From: Setoptus koraiensis | Lineage: Eukaryota > Animalia > Arthropoda | Direction: 5' to 3' | Assembly: GCA_048013815.1 (NCBI GenBank) | Contig: CM106586.1 | Coordinates: 10,292,001-10,356,000 of the forward strand | Length of the DNA: 64,000 nt | Part shown: positions 23,817 to 36,212 of the stretch, one piece after another | Layout of the letters: the number at the start of each line of letters is the position of its first letter | How positions within the stretch are numbered: position 1 is the first letter of the stretch | Translations under genes and position numbers: made by a program | Notes under the pieces: generated by a model | Database searches by the model: none | What the model was told of the DNA's origin: nothing | Seen by the model: the letters and a program-made list of their open reading frames with translations, nothing else

Positions 23817-25253
23817 ATGGCACCAATATTATGTCCTGACAATATCAATCAAAATGTTCGCAATCTGGAATATGCTGTTCGGGGACCATTGGTCATCAGA
23901 GCCGTGGAGTTGGCGAAAGAGCTCCAGAACGGAGCGGAAAAACCATTCAAGAGTGTAATTCGAGCAAACATTGGCGATTGTCATGCCATGCAACAACATC
24001 CACTAACCTTCTTTCGGCAGGTAGTTTCGTGCGCTGCTAACCCAGAAATTATGGACAACAACCCAAACATACCCGATGACGTCAAGGAACACGTGAAAAA
24101 AATTCTTTCCAGTTGTGCTGGTGGCTCTGTTGGGTCTTATTCGGACTCGTGTGGTTTAGAAGTCATAAGGCGGCAATGTGCTGACTATATTACTGAAAGG
24201 GATGGATTCCAGGCCGATTGGCAAAATATCTTCCTCACAACAGGGGCCAGCGAAGTAGTTAAGGTTATATTATCGCTCATCAATAACTCGAAAAAGCCAG
24301 GTTTGCCAGTGGGAGCCATGATACCAATACCTCAATATCCTCTCTACTCTGCCACTCTTTGCGAATTTGGAATGTATCAAGCCAGCTACTATCTAGATGA
24401 AGAGAACGATTGGCGCCTACAAATAGAGGAGCTCGAAAGATCTTACGAGGCAGCCAAAGACAAATGTGACCTTAAATTGATAGTCATTATTAATCCCGGA
24501 AATCCCACCGGAGCTGTTCTTTCGAAGGATAACATTGAAAAGATAGTCCAATTTGCTCAATCACATAACCTAATGATCATTGCAGATGAAGTCTATCAGC
24601 ACAATGTTTGGGCGGAGGGTGCTCAGCATCATTCATTTAAAAAAGTTATGCGTGAGATGGGCGCTTCTAATGAACTAGTATCCATGATGAGTGCCAGCAA
24701 AGGCTACATGGGTGAGTGTGGTCTACGTGGAGGTTATGGCGAACTTCACAACTTTACACCCGAAGTGAAGGCCATATTATATAAGTTATTGTCTGCCAGA
24801 CTCTGTTGTTCCGTACTTGGACAGGTAACAATGAGCTGTGTTGTGGATCCACCAAAAAAAGGTCAACCCTCCTATGAGTTGTTTGAGAAAGAACGGCAGA
24901 AAGTACTAGCAGATCTGAAATATAAGGCAAAACTGGTGGCAGATACGTTCAATTCTATTGAAGGCATCAAATGCAATAAAGTGGCTGGAGCCATGTACGC
25001 TTTTCCCAAGATAGATTTGCCACAGAAGGCCATAGAGGCGGCCGAGAAGGCCAATCAGAAGCCTGATTTTTTTTATGTTATGACACTGCTTGAAGAGACC
25101 GGCATATGCGTTGTCCCTGGTTCTGGGTTTGGCCAAATTCCTGGTACTTATCATTTCAGGACAACTATTCTGCCGCAACCTGATACTTTCGCAGACATGA
25201 TGAACAGATTCAAACAGTTTCATGTGAGATTCATGCAACGCTACAAGCAATAG
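23817..25253 (+). CDS. GPT: Alanine aminotransferase (PLP-dependent, class I/II), intronless
   Basis: EYAVRG, ANIGDCHAM, IIVINPGNPTG-like segment (IVIINPGNPTG), ADEVYQ, SASKGYMGECGLRGGY (PLP lysine), CVVPGSGFGQ..GTYHFRTTILP. First ATG at 23817. Confidence 0.96.
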   Translation: MAPILCPDNINQNVRNLEYAVRGPLVIRAVELAKELQNGAEKPFKSVIRANIGDCHAMQQHPLTFFRQVVSCAANPEIMDNNPNIPDDVKEHVKKILSSCAGGSVGSYSDSCGLEVIRRQCADYITERDGFQADWQNIFLTTGASEVVKVILSLINNSKKPGLPVGAMIPIPQYPLYSATLCEFGMYQASYYLDEENDWRLQIEELERSYEAAKDKCDLKLIVIINPGNPTGAVLSKDNIEKIVQFAQSHNLMIIADEVYQHNVWAEGAQHHSFKKVMREMGASNELVSMMSASKGYMGECGLRGGYGELHNFTPEVKAILYKLLSARLCCSVLGQVTMSCVVDPPKKGQPSYELFEKERQKVLADLKYKAKLVADTFNSIEGIKCNKVAGAMYAFPKIDLPQKAIEAAEKANQKPDFFYVMTLLEETGICVVPGSGFGQIPGTYHFRTTILPQPDTFADMMNRFKQFHVRFMQRYKQ

Positions 25254-25615
25254 ATGGCGATAGATGTGACCAAATAGATGTTATGATTTATCTAGACTGT
25301 GCATTTGTTTGATTGGGAAATTAATAGTATTATTATTCAAAAAGTTATCTCCAAGAGATGATTTCTTTCAATTAATAAAAGTAACAATAATATATCCCTG
25401 CGATGTCCATTCCATCACATATATTGCCGAGATAATCAGTATCACGGTCTCGCCATGGAAGTTCTCTTTAAAGAGTATCTCTGGTCATATTTTATATTCT
25501 TTGGTATTTGTTTATATTGTTGTTAGATCGTAGGGAGGTTACGAACGGAGATCTCTATCTATATTTGAATTTTGATTGAAATTTTCTCAATTACTTTCTT
25601 TGAGATGTCGACTGA

Positions 25616-26280
25616 CAAGGTAAAGCCTTATATGGGGTACAAGAGATTCCAACTGACTATAGGGTTGTTACACACAACAATGAAAGAGATGTTTTAATCG
25701 TTATTTTTCTTTGTTAGCCGAGCCAGATTCCAACTGACTATAGCCTAGATCTTCTCTCCTGATCAAGCTGAGCAAGAAAGGGTATATAAAAACCTCAACT
25801 AAAGTCTAGTTTCTGGAATAATCGTGATAATTTTCAAAACTCTATTGTTTTGCTTCTAATCGTCGTAAGAATATAGTATTAGGTGATTTGAGTTGAAATA
25901 AAGTGTAAATTTTGACAATTATTATTAATTATTAATTATTTATTTGTTGAAATACGCCCATTTACTACTTTACGAATACGCTCGCTGTACTAATTACGCT
26001 GGGAATTACCAACCAACCAACCAATCAATCAAAATTTTCATTATCAGCCCTGATATTTTCTGAAATTTATCTTCCACCCCAAGCACCATCCGTAGATGCT
26101 TGAGGGACTATTGTGGATCCAAATACTTGGTCTAATTTCAGAAAATACGAAGAAAAGTCTAGAATTATTTTGGCCGAAGTTGGGAACGAGACTAGCGTAT
26201 TCTTGTTCTCGGTACACTGGAGAGTCCAGAAAGACTATAGTGGGTGTACTCTGAGTGTCCACCCGAGGAGGTTAACCTTG
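25616..26280 (+). mobile_element. MITE copy 1 (~665 bp), degenerate TIRs CAAGGTAAA.../...GGAGGTTAACCTTG
   Basis: Reverse complement of 27342-27921 along its length. Carries an extra segment flanked by a 19-bp direct repeat AGATTCCAACTGACTATAG (25644 and 25725). No transposase ORF. Confidence 0.8.
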
Positions 26281-27059
26281 AAAGTTGAACGAGTTGACAA
26301 AATAGCCAAACGAGACCAAATCAAACCAAAGAATTTAACCAACCTACCAAACAAGCCAACATAGTCAACACAGCCAACACAATCAACACGGCCAGCCAAC
26401 CAGACAAACCAAACCAACCGAACCAACCAACCAACTAAAGCCAGCAACCAACCAACCAAACCAACCGAGAGAAACATGTATCGACGTAGAAGATGTCAAG
26501 GACGACAGTCCAATGGCCGCCCATTCATTGCACCAGACAGTGATAAAAAAGACGCTACTCGAATAGACAGAGGTTACAGGCCGACCTCAATCTATCAAGT
26601 TAGTAGATTGTGCGTGTCGAAGATTGCGACGCAGCTAATTGACGATAATACTGATGTCGCCACGCAAACTAGTCTACAAACGTCTGAAGTCTAAAATGTA
26701 CGGGTATCTGATCTCGATGATCATTTCGGTGATGTTCAGTGGTCAGTGAGCGATGGCTCAAGCTACGACTCCTCATAAATGGAACAATACTACGACATTC
26801 GTAAATTCCACTCGCTAAGGATGGTAACCACGTGTCATGCGATTTGCACCACAAAGAATGCTCAATGAACGTATGTTTTGTGCGCTACTCGCATATCGAG
26901 CACACATGTGAATAAACTTGAAACTAACAATAGCTACTAAAGATATCTTTGATTGCCTTATCTCATCTATATTTGATCCTTATTGACATTATTCAATCTG
27001 ATGAAATGGTCCTTTTTAAAATAGTATTAGTTGTTGGTATGTAAGAAAAATGGTTTGGT

Positions 27060-27335
27060 ATCGTTTGCTCGAATATCATAAGCTCGACTTTTTAGAAGCT
27101 CGACTTCGTTTGCTCGAAACTTGTATGCTCGAAATCGAATGCTCGACTCATTTGAAGCTCAACTCTCAAAATGTCGACAAAATTCATATTGAGCAGCTAT
27201 ATATTTAGCAAATAGATCAATGTTTTATCTTATGTTGAAGTTGGTTGGTTGGTTGGTTTGGTTGCAAAATAATAAAATGTTATGATCAAGAGAGTCGAGC
27301 TCGAAACAAGTCGACCTTTTAATAAATCGAGCTTT
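27060..27335. repeat. Cluster of GCTCGA/TCGAGC subrepeats plus (GGTT)n, probably part of another decayed element
   Basis: About six GCTCGA in 27065-27150, reverse-oriented TCGAGC at 27295-27332, GGTT run at 27240-27262. Confidence 0.55.
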
Positions 27336-27341
27336 CACTGA

Positions 27342-27921
27342 CAAGGTAAACCTCCTAGAGGTGACACTCAGAATACGCCCACTATAGTGAACTCTCCAGT
27401 GTACAGAGAACAAGAATACGCTAGTCTCGTTCCCAACTTCGCCCAAAAAAATTATAGACTTTTCTTCGTATTTTCTGAAATTAGACTCACTATTTGGATC
27501 CACAATAGTCCCTCAAGCATCTACGGATGATGCTTGGGGTAGAAGATAAATTTCTGAATATATCAGGACTGATAATGAAAATTTTGGTTGATTGGTTGGT
27601 TGGTTGGTAATTCCTAGCGTAATTAATACAGCCAGCGTATTCGTAAAGTAGTAAATGGGCGGATTTCAACAAATTTGTGGATTTTTTGGTGTCAAATAAT
27701 TGTCAAAATTTACACTTTATTTCAACTCAAATCACCTAATACTATATTCTCGCGACGAATAGAAGCAAAACAATAGAGTTCTGGAAAATATTACGATTAT
27801 TCCAAAAACTAGACTTTAGTTGAGGTTTTTATATACCTTTTCTTACTCAGCTTGATCAGGAGAGAAGATTTAGGCTATGGTCAGTTGGAATCTTTTGTAC
27901 CTGGAAAGGAGGTTTACCTTG
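27342..27921 (-). mobile_element. MITE copy 2 (580 bp) with perfect 15-bp TIRs CAAGGTAAACCTCCT / AGGAGGTTTACCTTG
   Basis: TIRs read directly. The right end is followed by TA (Tc1/mariner-like; the left flank is GA). Internal (GGTT)n microsatellite. Inverted relative to copy 1. Confidence 0.85.
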
Positions 27922-27963
27922 TAAGCTTCCTCCGCTATCATGGCGTCGTCTCTATGATAACTT

Positions 27964-29240
27964 TCAGACTTCAACACTATGACTCGATCTTCTCTTGTAA
28001 AACCTATCCATTGTTTCTAAAATGAGTTCAGTATCTAATTCTTCTCTTTGTTGAGACACCTTCGTTTCAGAATTGTCTGACAATTCGTGCGAAATTATAT
28101 GCGTTGAGGGTTCACAAAACGATGATGACTGAGACTCTTGCAACCCGACCGCGATTAGATTGTTCGCAGTTTCAGATCTCGAACTACTGTGAAACTCATC
28201 ATTTGCCTCATCGTAGCTCACATCTTCCTCCTGAGATATTCTTTGTACAGCTGGACAATCGTTAGATATCGGTCCCTTGGAAGCAATGGTTTCCTCGACC
28301 AAGTCATAGTTTGGCGAGTAACATGGATTCGAAGCTATTTCATTCTTACACAATTGATTGTGTAACTGATGGCACATAAGCGGTTTGCTAGCAGAATCAA
28401 CAAGTCTCATATTTGTTAGCCCATTGCTGTAGGTTGTATTGTCATCATCGTGACTCAAAGTCTGACCATCACTCACTGATACGTGTTCGTGGCTCCACCT
28501 GATTTCTTTATAGTTGGAAGGGACCGTTCTCTGTATGGATTTCCCCTGAGCTGTCGACACAGTATCTGTCTTATGGTGATCGCCGAGAACGTTGTGAGTA
28601 GTCATATCGTTCGGTAACGAAGAGATGGAACTGCCAATCGCGTTGGGAGGTTTAAATTTATTTATCTGATAGGAGCAGCTCGTCATGGTGGTACATTGTC
28701 CAGAACAATCTGTATAATTGCTAAAAGTTAAATTTGGCCGGCTAGAAAACTTTGGAGCTACATTGTGTTTGGGTGGGCTCACTTCGAGGCATGACTTGTG
28801 ATGGTCCGAACATTTCGTTTGGTAAATCTGATGATTGTTGGTGTTACCGGCTCGCTGGAGATAATTATTCAGCATTTGTAGTCGCTTATTTTGCCATTCT
28901 ATTCTAGGGTCTTCCAGTTGATTCTTCCTTTCTATGTGATTTGCGAAATAAAAACCTTTTCACACCAAATGAGATGTTAGAGGTTGAGGTTAGTTTGAGT
29001 GAGGATTCCGATAAAAATTATTCCTCAGTATTAGTGTTGATGCTTACCTATCTTCGGATCATACAATTTTTCCCAACCGTAGGGCAGTTGATCGCCAGAA
29101 CAATCCGCAAAAGATGCTGGCTTGGTGATGAAAGGATGAAGCCATTGTGTTGTCTTTAGTCTATGGTTTACCCAATACATTCTTGAGTCCGAATCAAGTG
29201 CTGGCTCCCATTCTTTGTCGTCGCCAATATCCGTAGACAT
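27964..29240 (-). CDS. kibra: Short Kibra/WWC-like protein, copy 2 (394 aa)
   Basis: Exons 29240..29048 and 28955..27964. Same WW1-WW2 as copy 1; differs only in the last ~90 residues. Ends ...ETMDRFYKRRSSHSVEV. Confidence 0.85.
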
Positions 29241-30010
29241 GACGACTATGTCAGATGAGGAAATTTATTTTGACGATGAAAATCTTTGAATATCCGAATT
29301 ATATTTACACATAATTACATCAGTAATGAGAACCGATCTTTTATGCGGTCAAAAAACCGTCATTGAATCAGACTGGTCATCTGTTGATGCGTGCACCATT
29401 CTACGCTGATGCGCGCATCAATATTGTCGTCCAACTTGAACGGTTCAAGTAGCCGTGTAATTTTTGTTGTTGTACTATGATTGTTAGAAACATTGTTTAT
29501 CAAGTAAAAGATCGGTTGTTATAGTTAGCAATTTATTATTATTTCAAATTCTGTCAGTTCAACAGTTTATAAATGTTGTTGTCAATCATGGATACAATAA
29601 CTATAAGTCTTTGTCGTCTGTCTCAAGTTCGATACTCATTTAATATCGATTGGGCATCAACGTATTGGCCGGATGGGTAACTTTTCTTGATTTGTCTTCC
29701 ATTTATCCTGATCGTCCCTTCTTGCTTCGGGTGTTAATTGGTTCCTCAAACCAACGAGAACGTTTTGTGCACCTTCCGTTACGGATATAATTGGATTTAA
29801 TAATGTAGAAGGTATGTGACGAACTAATTCACCCATAGCGCCGCGCATATCATCGGCCTGCATACCGGCGGCCACATTTCGAACAGTGTCATTGAAACCT
29901 TCTCTCATTATCGTATAAGCTTGTGTCATGCCCTCGCAAAAGTTCCTCGGTTGATTCAAAATCATATGATGGTTATTACTTGATCCTCGATGCCTTCCAT
30001 TCTGCATGTT
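27964..30010. repeat. Segmental duplication copy B (source locus, contiguous with full ATG2)
   Basis: Near-identical to 14206..16243. Continues directly into the intact ATG2 reading frame. Confidence 0.95.
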
Positions 30011-33000
30011 TTGTGGCGGCGTTACAATATCATGGGCAAACATCGCAGTGCATTGAACCAAACTTACAAATCTATTTGTTAGATCAATAGCCGCCATGGC
30101 TGTGGAAGAGGAAAATGAAGAGGCTCCGCGTTGTATTCCTCTAACGAGACGTTTGTCCTTGCGGTATTGATCGATGGGCATCCAGACAAGGTCACGTACT
30201 CCTTGGACTGATTTTAAAGTATATATTTCAATTAATAAGTGCTATGGTAAGGTTTCGCCGTAGATTAGTTCCCCTGATCGAGGATGTAGAACGCAAATTT
30301 CGATGCGGAAATACTTACATAATTGAATGAAACTGTGCATTGGTCCAACACCACCTAGTAGGCACGGTAGTTGAGTTCGTTTTATGTCGGTTATCCATGT
30401 ATTTAACACGTACAAAAGAACACGATCTATACCTCTCATACCGTGTTTGGCATGGACCTTTTTCAATTTCAATTCACTATGATCTAATTGCGCTAGACCC
30501 ATCAATACACCAGCTAAGGCTCCCTATAGTGAAATAAGAGGACATTGTTAGAATGCTGCAAAAGGTCAAGCTTTCAAGTTCGGATCTGTTGCATCATGAA
30601 CTTACCTGCTCAAAATCGACACGTTTACCATGGTAATCCAATCGAATGGGTAGGTCTGGGGAAAACGAGAAGGACTTAATGTACAGCGGTTGAACTGCAT
30701 TACCAGTATTACATTGGAGCATAATTGTTGTATTCGCAGAAGGTAGAGAAATGGAAGATGATCTTGACAATGATGGGGGCGATGGAGACGATGATCCAAA
30801 TGAAAAACTGGCATCACTACTCTCACTAACTTGTCTCTGTCTGATTTTAATTCCTTTTTTATCTGAATTTGTTCTCTGACTTTCGTATTCTTGTGCAGTT
30901 GGGTTAGCTGTTGCGCGAGGATCACTTGTTTTGTCAGAATCAAGCTTGCTATCGGTGAAGGCTTGATTGGTTTTGTTTGTAGATTTTGAAATAGAAGCGC
31001 TGCAGGCAGTGAAGAATTCAACAAGAAAGATTAGAGTGTCTTGATCAATGTTCAAGCGCAGAGGCTTAACTGAAATCTTTAAATCACATTCTTCACAATT
31101 GTCGGTAGGATTTTTGGTAGCTATCAACTTAATGCTGAGCATATCTGTATTGTTACGTTTCGGCATAGTTCCAGTACTGTATTCATACAGCATCTTGTTA
31201 ATATTTGAGGCAGCCAATTTGTCTTTTACCTCAATCTCTTGAATGTGCAATAAAAATCTCCAAGCAAATGGTCCTTCATGATCGCATATTTCATATAAAA
31301 ACTTGACTTTAGATAGACAGAATTGAACGCAAACATCATTTTGGCGCCAAGGTCCTCCCTGGTTTTTAAAATCTGCGTTAGGAACAGGATGACTACTTCT
31401 ATGGGTAAGTATATCTGGAGAGGACATTAGATCTAGGGACTCCCATAAATTTACAGCTCCGTCACCAAATCTAACTCTCGGTTCTGATGTCAGCGTGTGA
31501 TCATTACTCTCGCTAGCGTATTTACGGCGACTACTTTTCTTTGGACTCCGTTCAGAGGGGTTGCGTATGTGATAGCTTTCTTCTATCAAGTTGGTTGTCT
31601 TGCGCGGGGTTGAGTTGGGCTTGTTGCTGGAAGATTCATTTGTTTTAGTATCATGTTGTGAAGCAGTATCATCGTCATCGAAATCTCTACCGCCGAAAAG
31701 ATTAATAACTATAGACATCTCCTCTAATACATATCTCTCGAAGGTACTAGCAAGCATGTCAGGGAGGGTTTTTGGTTTGGTCAAATTGAAATGGTTTTCA
31801 ATTATTTTAACTGGTGCTTCAATAAGTTGTCGCACGACTGGCTCGCACATTTTGTTATCTATTATACCCGCTCCAACATCATCGTCACCTAAAATGAAGA
31901 ATCCACTCTCCTCAATAGTTTGTCTGGACAATGATGAGTTTAAATCTTTAGAGCCACTCATCATTGAACAAGAATCTTGATTGGCACTGCTAGTCAGAGG
32001 ACATCCGAATATATCACGCGGTAAATCATCATGGTCACTTTTGACTTTCGTTGAATTATAGTTGTTTTGATCGGTTGAATCATAGTCCTCGCTACCCAAA
32101 TCGTCGATAGCGTCTTGTAGCAATGTGACCTCGCTTTTCGTCGAAGAGTTCATATCGTTGCGGTAATCCAGACCGGGAATAAATTCTCCATTTAGAGGAA
32201 CCCCGTTATGGAATGGAGGCTCTGGCGATGAACATGATCTTTCAACATTGCCCACGTCTGGTGATGAACATTGAGAGGATGCACCAAAATGTGACAAATT
32301 AGATGTATTTGCATCACACTGTGTAAGCTCATTATCCACTTTCTTGCTCTTCGTAACAGAATCTATGAGCTGGAATAGAGCAAATAATGAATCTTGACAA
32401 ACTCTACTAGTTATCATGTTATTAGTTAGACCAAACTCAATTTTACCATCATCAGAGAATTTAACATTCAGGTCTATAAGGCCAGAATCTATGACACAAA
32501 TGTAGTTCTTGAGTGTTTCAAGACCTTGTTTGTTTCTTTTGAGATATAGCGAAGCTTCATCTGCGATGAGACGCAGCATAACTTGACTCGTTTTCGCTAC
32601 GACCATAGAGGTTACATACAATTCATCCATAGTGACTAATGATGGCCTGACACCATCTTTGACTAGCGACAGGGCGGTGTTTACAATATCCAGATGAACT
32701 TCAGTTACTATCCGGGGAGGTACATAGCCCAGAACATCTTCGTCGATCAGATTAATCGCTTGCCACAATTTTTTGTAAGTGTCCATGTCGAAATCTCTAA
32801 AAAACGTGTTCATCAATCTTGCTGAAAATTTAATTTCTTTCAACATACTCGATGGTCGCTTGATCTCTACGGCTAGTCCGAGTTTGGAGTTTTTGTCACC
32901 ATAGAAGTTGCCTTCTAGAACGTTGATTGAATTTGCCTTGAGCTCAAAATTATCTAATGCCAGACATATGATTGTACAAGGCTTACCCCTCAAATCGAGC

Positions 33001-36000
33001 ACAACACCCAGCAAAACTTTTTGTCCATGAGCCTCATGCTCAACGGATGTATCATCGTTAACTTGTTGATTAAAACGAATATTTATATCGCCAACTGTTA
33101 TCTTGCAAGTAGCTTCGTTGTGGTAAATATCAGAATTATTATCCAGTGATAATGAATGGAAAGAAACTTCAGATTCCGAAGACGATTCATTCATGGTTGG
33201 TCTACAAGAGAAGTAAGATGCGGCAACCATTCCTGGAGCATTGATGGGCATGCCTACGTCTTGAGTGAATGTTTTGCTTCGAGCTCTTGACATGAAAGCT
33301 GTTTGACCTTTCAAAGATACACCACTTGTTTGTTTTTTTAGGATATTGGGTTTCCAAAATACAAAATCATTGCCCAATCTATTGTAGATTATCTCTAGTT
33401 GATTTTTATCCTGGAACTCCATCTCACAACGGGGAAGATATAAATTAAGACTAAACTTCGTACTCATAAAAGTTCGATCCAAGTAGTCTAAAAGATGTTG
33501 GCGATCACCAGGTGCGATAATCTTTTCGCTATCACATTCGTTTTCGTTTTCTAGATCCTTACTCTTTGAAGAATTTCCTCTAACGACCTTGCGCTTAGTT
33601 TGAAAGACTTCTGTAGGAATTTTGGATTCGTTTGCTTGACCCACATATATTGAATCATACATGGATGCTTCGTTGAGGGCATTTTCTACTTCATCATCTG
33701 GGAAATCTTTATCTAGATTGGATGGGGACGGCTCCAAAGTTAAGGATATTTTTTCTCCAGCGTTGCACATAGAATCTAAGAATCGAATTGCCTCCAAATC
33801 ACTTTGATTGGGGCTATGTTTCATAGCGACTTGTAAGCGCCTCGCTGTGACGTTGAGTTTACCTGAATACCAACTGAGCATGAAGCTGTTCAGATTGATA
33901 ATAAAACTTTGTGGTCTCAACTGCGTTTGAGCTTCATCGGCCTCAGATCTGAGATCTGGGACTGGACATAAAAGCTCTAACTTGATCTGTTCACCTGTGA
34001 CGATAACATTGAGATTCCCGGCTCCATAACTGGATGAGGTTGATAATAGAGTCTGTGTTTTTGTAGCCGAAGATCCAAGTTCTACAGGCTGGTTCTGATT
34101 GCTTGGATGACAGTCATTTGAGTGGGCAAGCTCCTCGAATAAATCCTTCAAACCGTAGTCGGTCATCAAACGATCAATCAGGGTGGGATCGATAGTGAAT
34201 TTTGTCTTGGCAAGCAGATCTATTGTCAGTTCCTTATGCTTGCTAGATATATGGTATCGTGAATTTTCGACTAGATGGCCACTTGTATCACTCAATACTA
34301 TTGGTATCTTAGAATTGACTTCGTTATTTGGACCACCAACGTACTCTGTAACTTGTATATCTCCCAGAAACGCATCTAGAAAACTAGAGACATTCAATGA
34401 GACGCGCGAGGCCAATGCTCTGATATGTGGTACTTTGATATGCCTATCGAGAAACTTATTTACATTTGCAAAAGAACTGGTGGAATCTGCGTAGGGACAT
34501 ATCAAATTTGAGTACTCTTCATTGAATTTCAGGATGCACAACCAAATACCAGGAATTTTGAGCTCACAATTAAAAGTATTCTGACGTTTACCAGCTATAG
34601 TGTGCTGGGTCAATCTATTTAAGTCGGAGTAGACGTTTTCACCTATCTTCTTTGGGCCCATAGTTGACTCAGAGTTTATCACGGAAGCTGATGCTTGGTT
34701 TGAAGAATCAAGATCGTTTCTGCTAACAGGTTGTTGCCTGATAGGCCAAAATTGTGTTTGATTAGAATTGAGAGAACCAACGTTTCCAACAGTCCAACGC
34801 CGACCAGAAGTTAAAGATGATGAGGAGGCAAATTCAGTATTGAAATTATCTTCTTCATTGTAACCTCTACTAAAACATTTCATGGCTCCGTTAGATTCCA
34901 TTTGTAACAATTGTGTTTCAATCTTTGCGTAGTCCTCAGACCGCATCACTTTTTGCATACCGTCTTTACTTGCGGCATCAACATCTGGGTTGGTGTTCGA
35001 ATCATTGAAAACATGCAGAAATGTATTCAATTGCTGACTACTGATAACTGCCAGCAAGGGAGAGCCTAGATAAATGTGCATGTCACTTTTTTGACCGTCA
35101 AACTTGATTCTGATAGTATGTCGACCTGGGAGATTAGATACTGGCTTTCCATCTATACGCATTTCAATATCTTCAAGAGTTAGCAGCTTTTCGATCATTT
35201 CCGGTAACTGTTTTGTCGAGCCGTTGGATTTATTTTGCTTGCTTTCTGAATTTCCGGTACCTCTGGCAAAATCTTTTCTTTGATTACCTGTTGTATCCGG
35301 CACAGAAGGTGTAGATATAGTATTGTTCTCAACTAAAATTTCTTCGCATCTGAAGTACCGTACGTGATATTCAACCGTTGGAATCTTACTAGATCTGTCA
35401 TCACTATAAGCAGAGTAGTTTGGGGGACGGTCAGAGCTGGACGAAATGTTTGATGCATTAGAATTATTCATATAATCATCTTCTTGGCTAGTTTTTGTTC
35501 TAAAGTCTTGCTCATTTACACGAGGGGAGGCTTGAATCTGGAAGGTTGTGTTAAAGGCAGTTAGTTTTGTTCTTCGAAGCACTGAATCGATGAGTTGAGC
35601 GAACATCTCAAGTCCTTCGAACATTTTGTTGCCCTCATTCGAACTTGCATCTTTCATACCTAAATCTTGATTAAAATGGTGATCGCTCGAATGAGAATGT
35701 GCCTCGTCTTTGCAATCATTTCTTTCATCTCTACTTAGTCTCATCCTGTAGTGGGATGGTGATGGCGAATCAAAGTCGTCATCATCTTCGGTTGTAACTA
35801 TTTCTTCGGCCATTTGCATCGACGATGTCATCAAAGAGCGAGTCAAAAGAGTAGATTCATTGCAGCTGGTCTTGCACATGTCCACTTCATTTTTGCGACG
35901 ACAAATAAATTTCGCACCTTCAAGTTCTACTCGACATGCGTCAGTTGATAATGAACTCCATGGAACCTCCACGGATATTTGTCCTATCGAGCATCCCTCG

Positions 36001-36212
36001 AGGAATTTGAAAGGTAAGAAATCAAGTTCATCGTTAAGACCATTTACATCCAAAGCCAAATCCTTAATAGAGCCTTTCCCCTCATATATATCAACGCTCA
36101 GTTGTTCCAAAGTGAGCTTTTCGTCAAAGAAGTGGCCTAGGTAATGATGGAGAAGATACCTGACTCCTCTCTTTTTGATAGTTTCGGAAAGCCAGGGTAT
36201 ATAGAGTGGCAT
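29657..36212 (-). CDS. ATG2: Autophagy-related protein 2 (lipid transfer protein), ~2120 aa
   Basis: Exons 36212..30606, 30523..30319, 30207..29657; introns of 82 and 111 nt, GT-AG, in frame. N-terminal chorein motif (RYLLHHYLGHF..EKLTLEQLSVDIYEGKGSIKDLALD), LIR-like GFFIL, PLRLNIDQDTL, PIRLDYHGK, LGGVGPMHS, FQGVRDLVWMPIDQYRKD (ATG_C region). Confidence 0.96.

Noticed and set aside
26113-27503. Paired ORFs MDPN...VGNETSVFLFSVHWRV as a duplicated gene
   Set aside because: They are the same MITE sequence read in each inverted arm, diverge at the TIR, and show no transposase or other motif.
14206-30010. The 2-kb duplication as a pure assembly artefact
   Set aside because: Not excluded without reads, but the copies have distinct flanks, a 9-nt indel, clustered substitutions and a third, older copy, which favours a real duplication.
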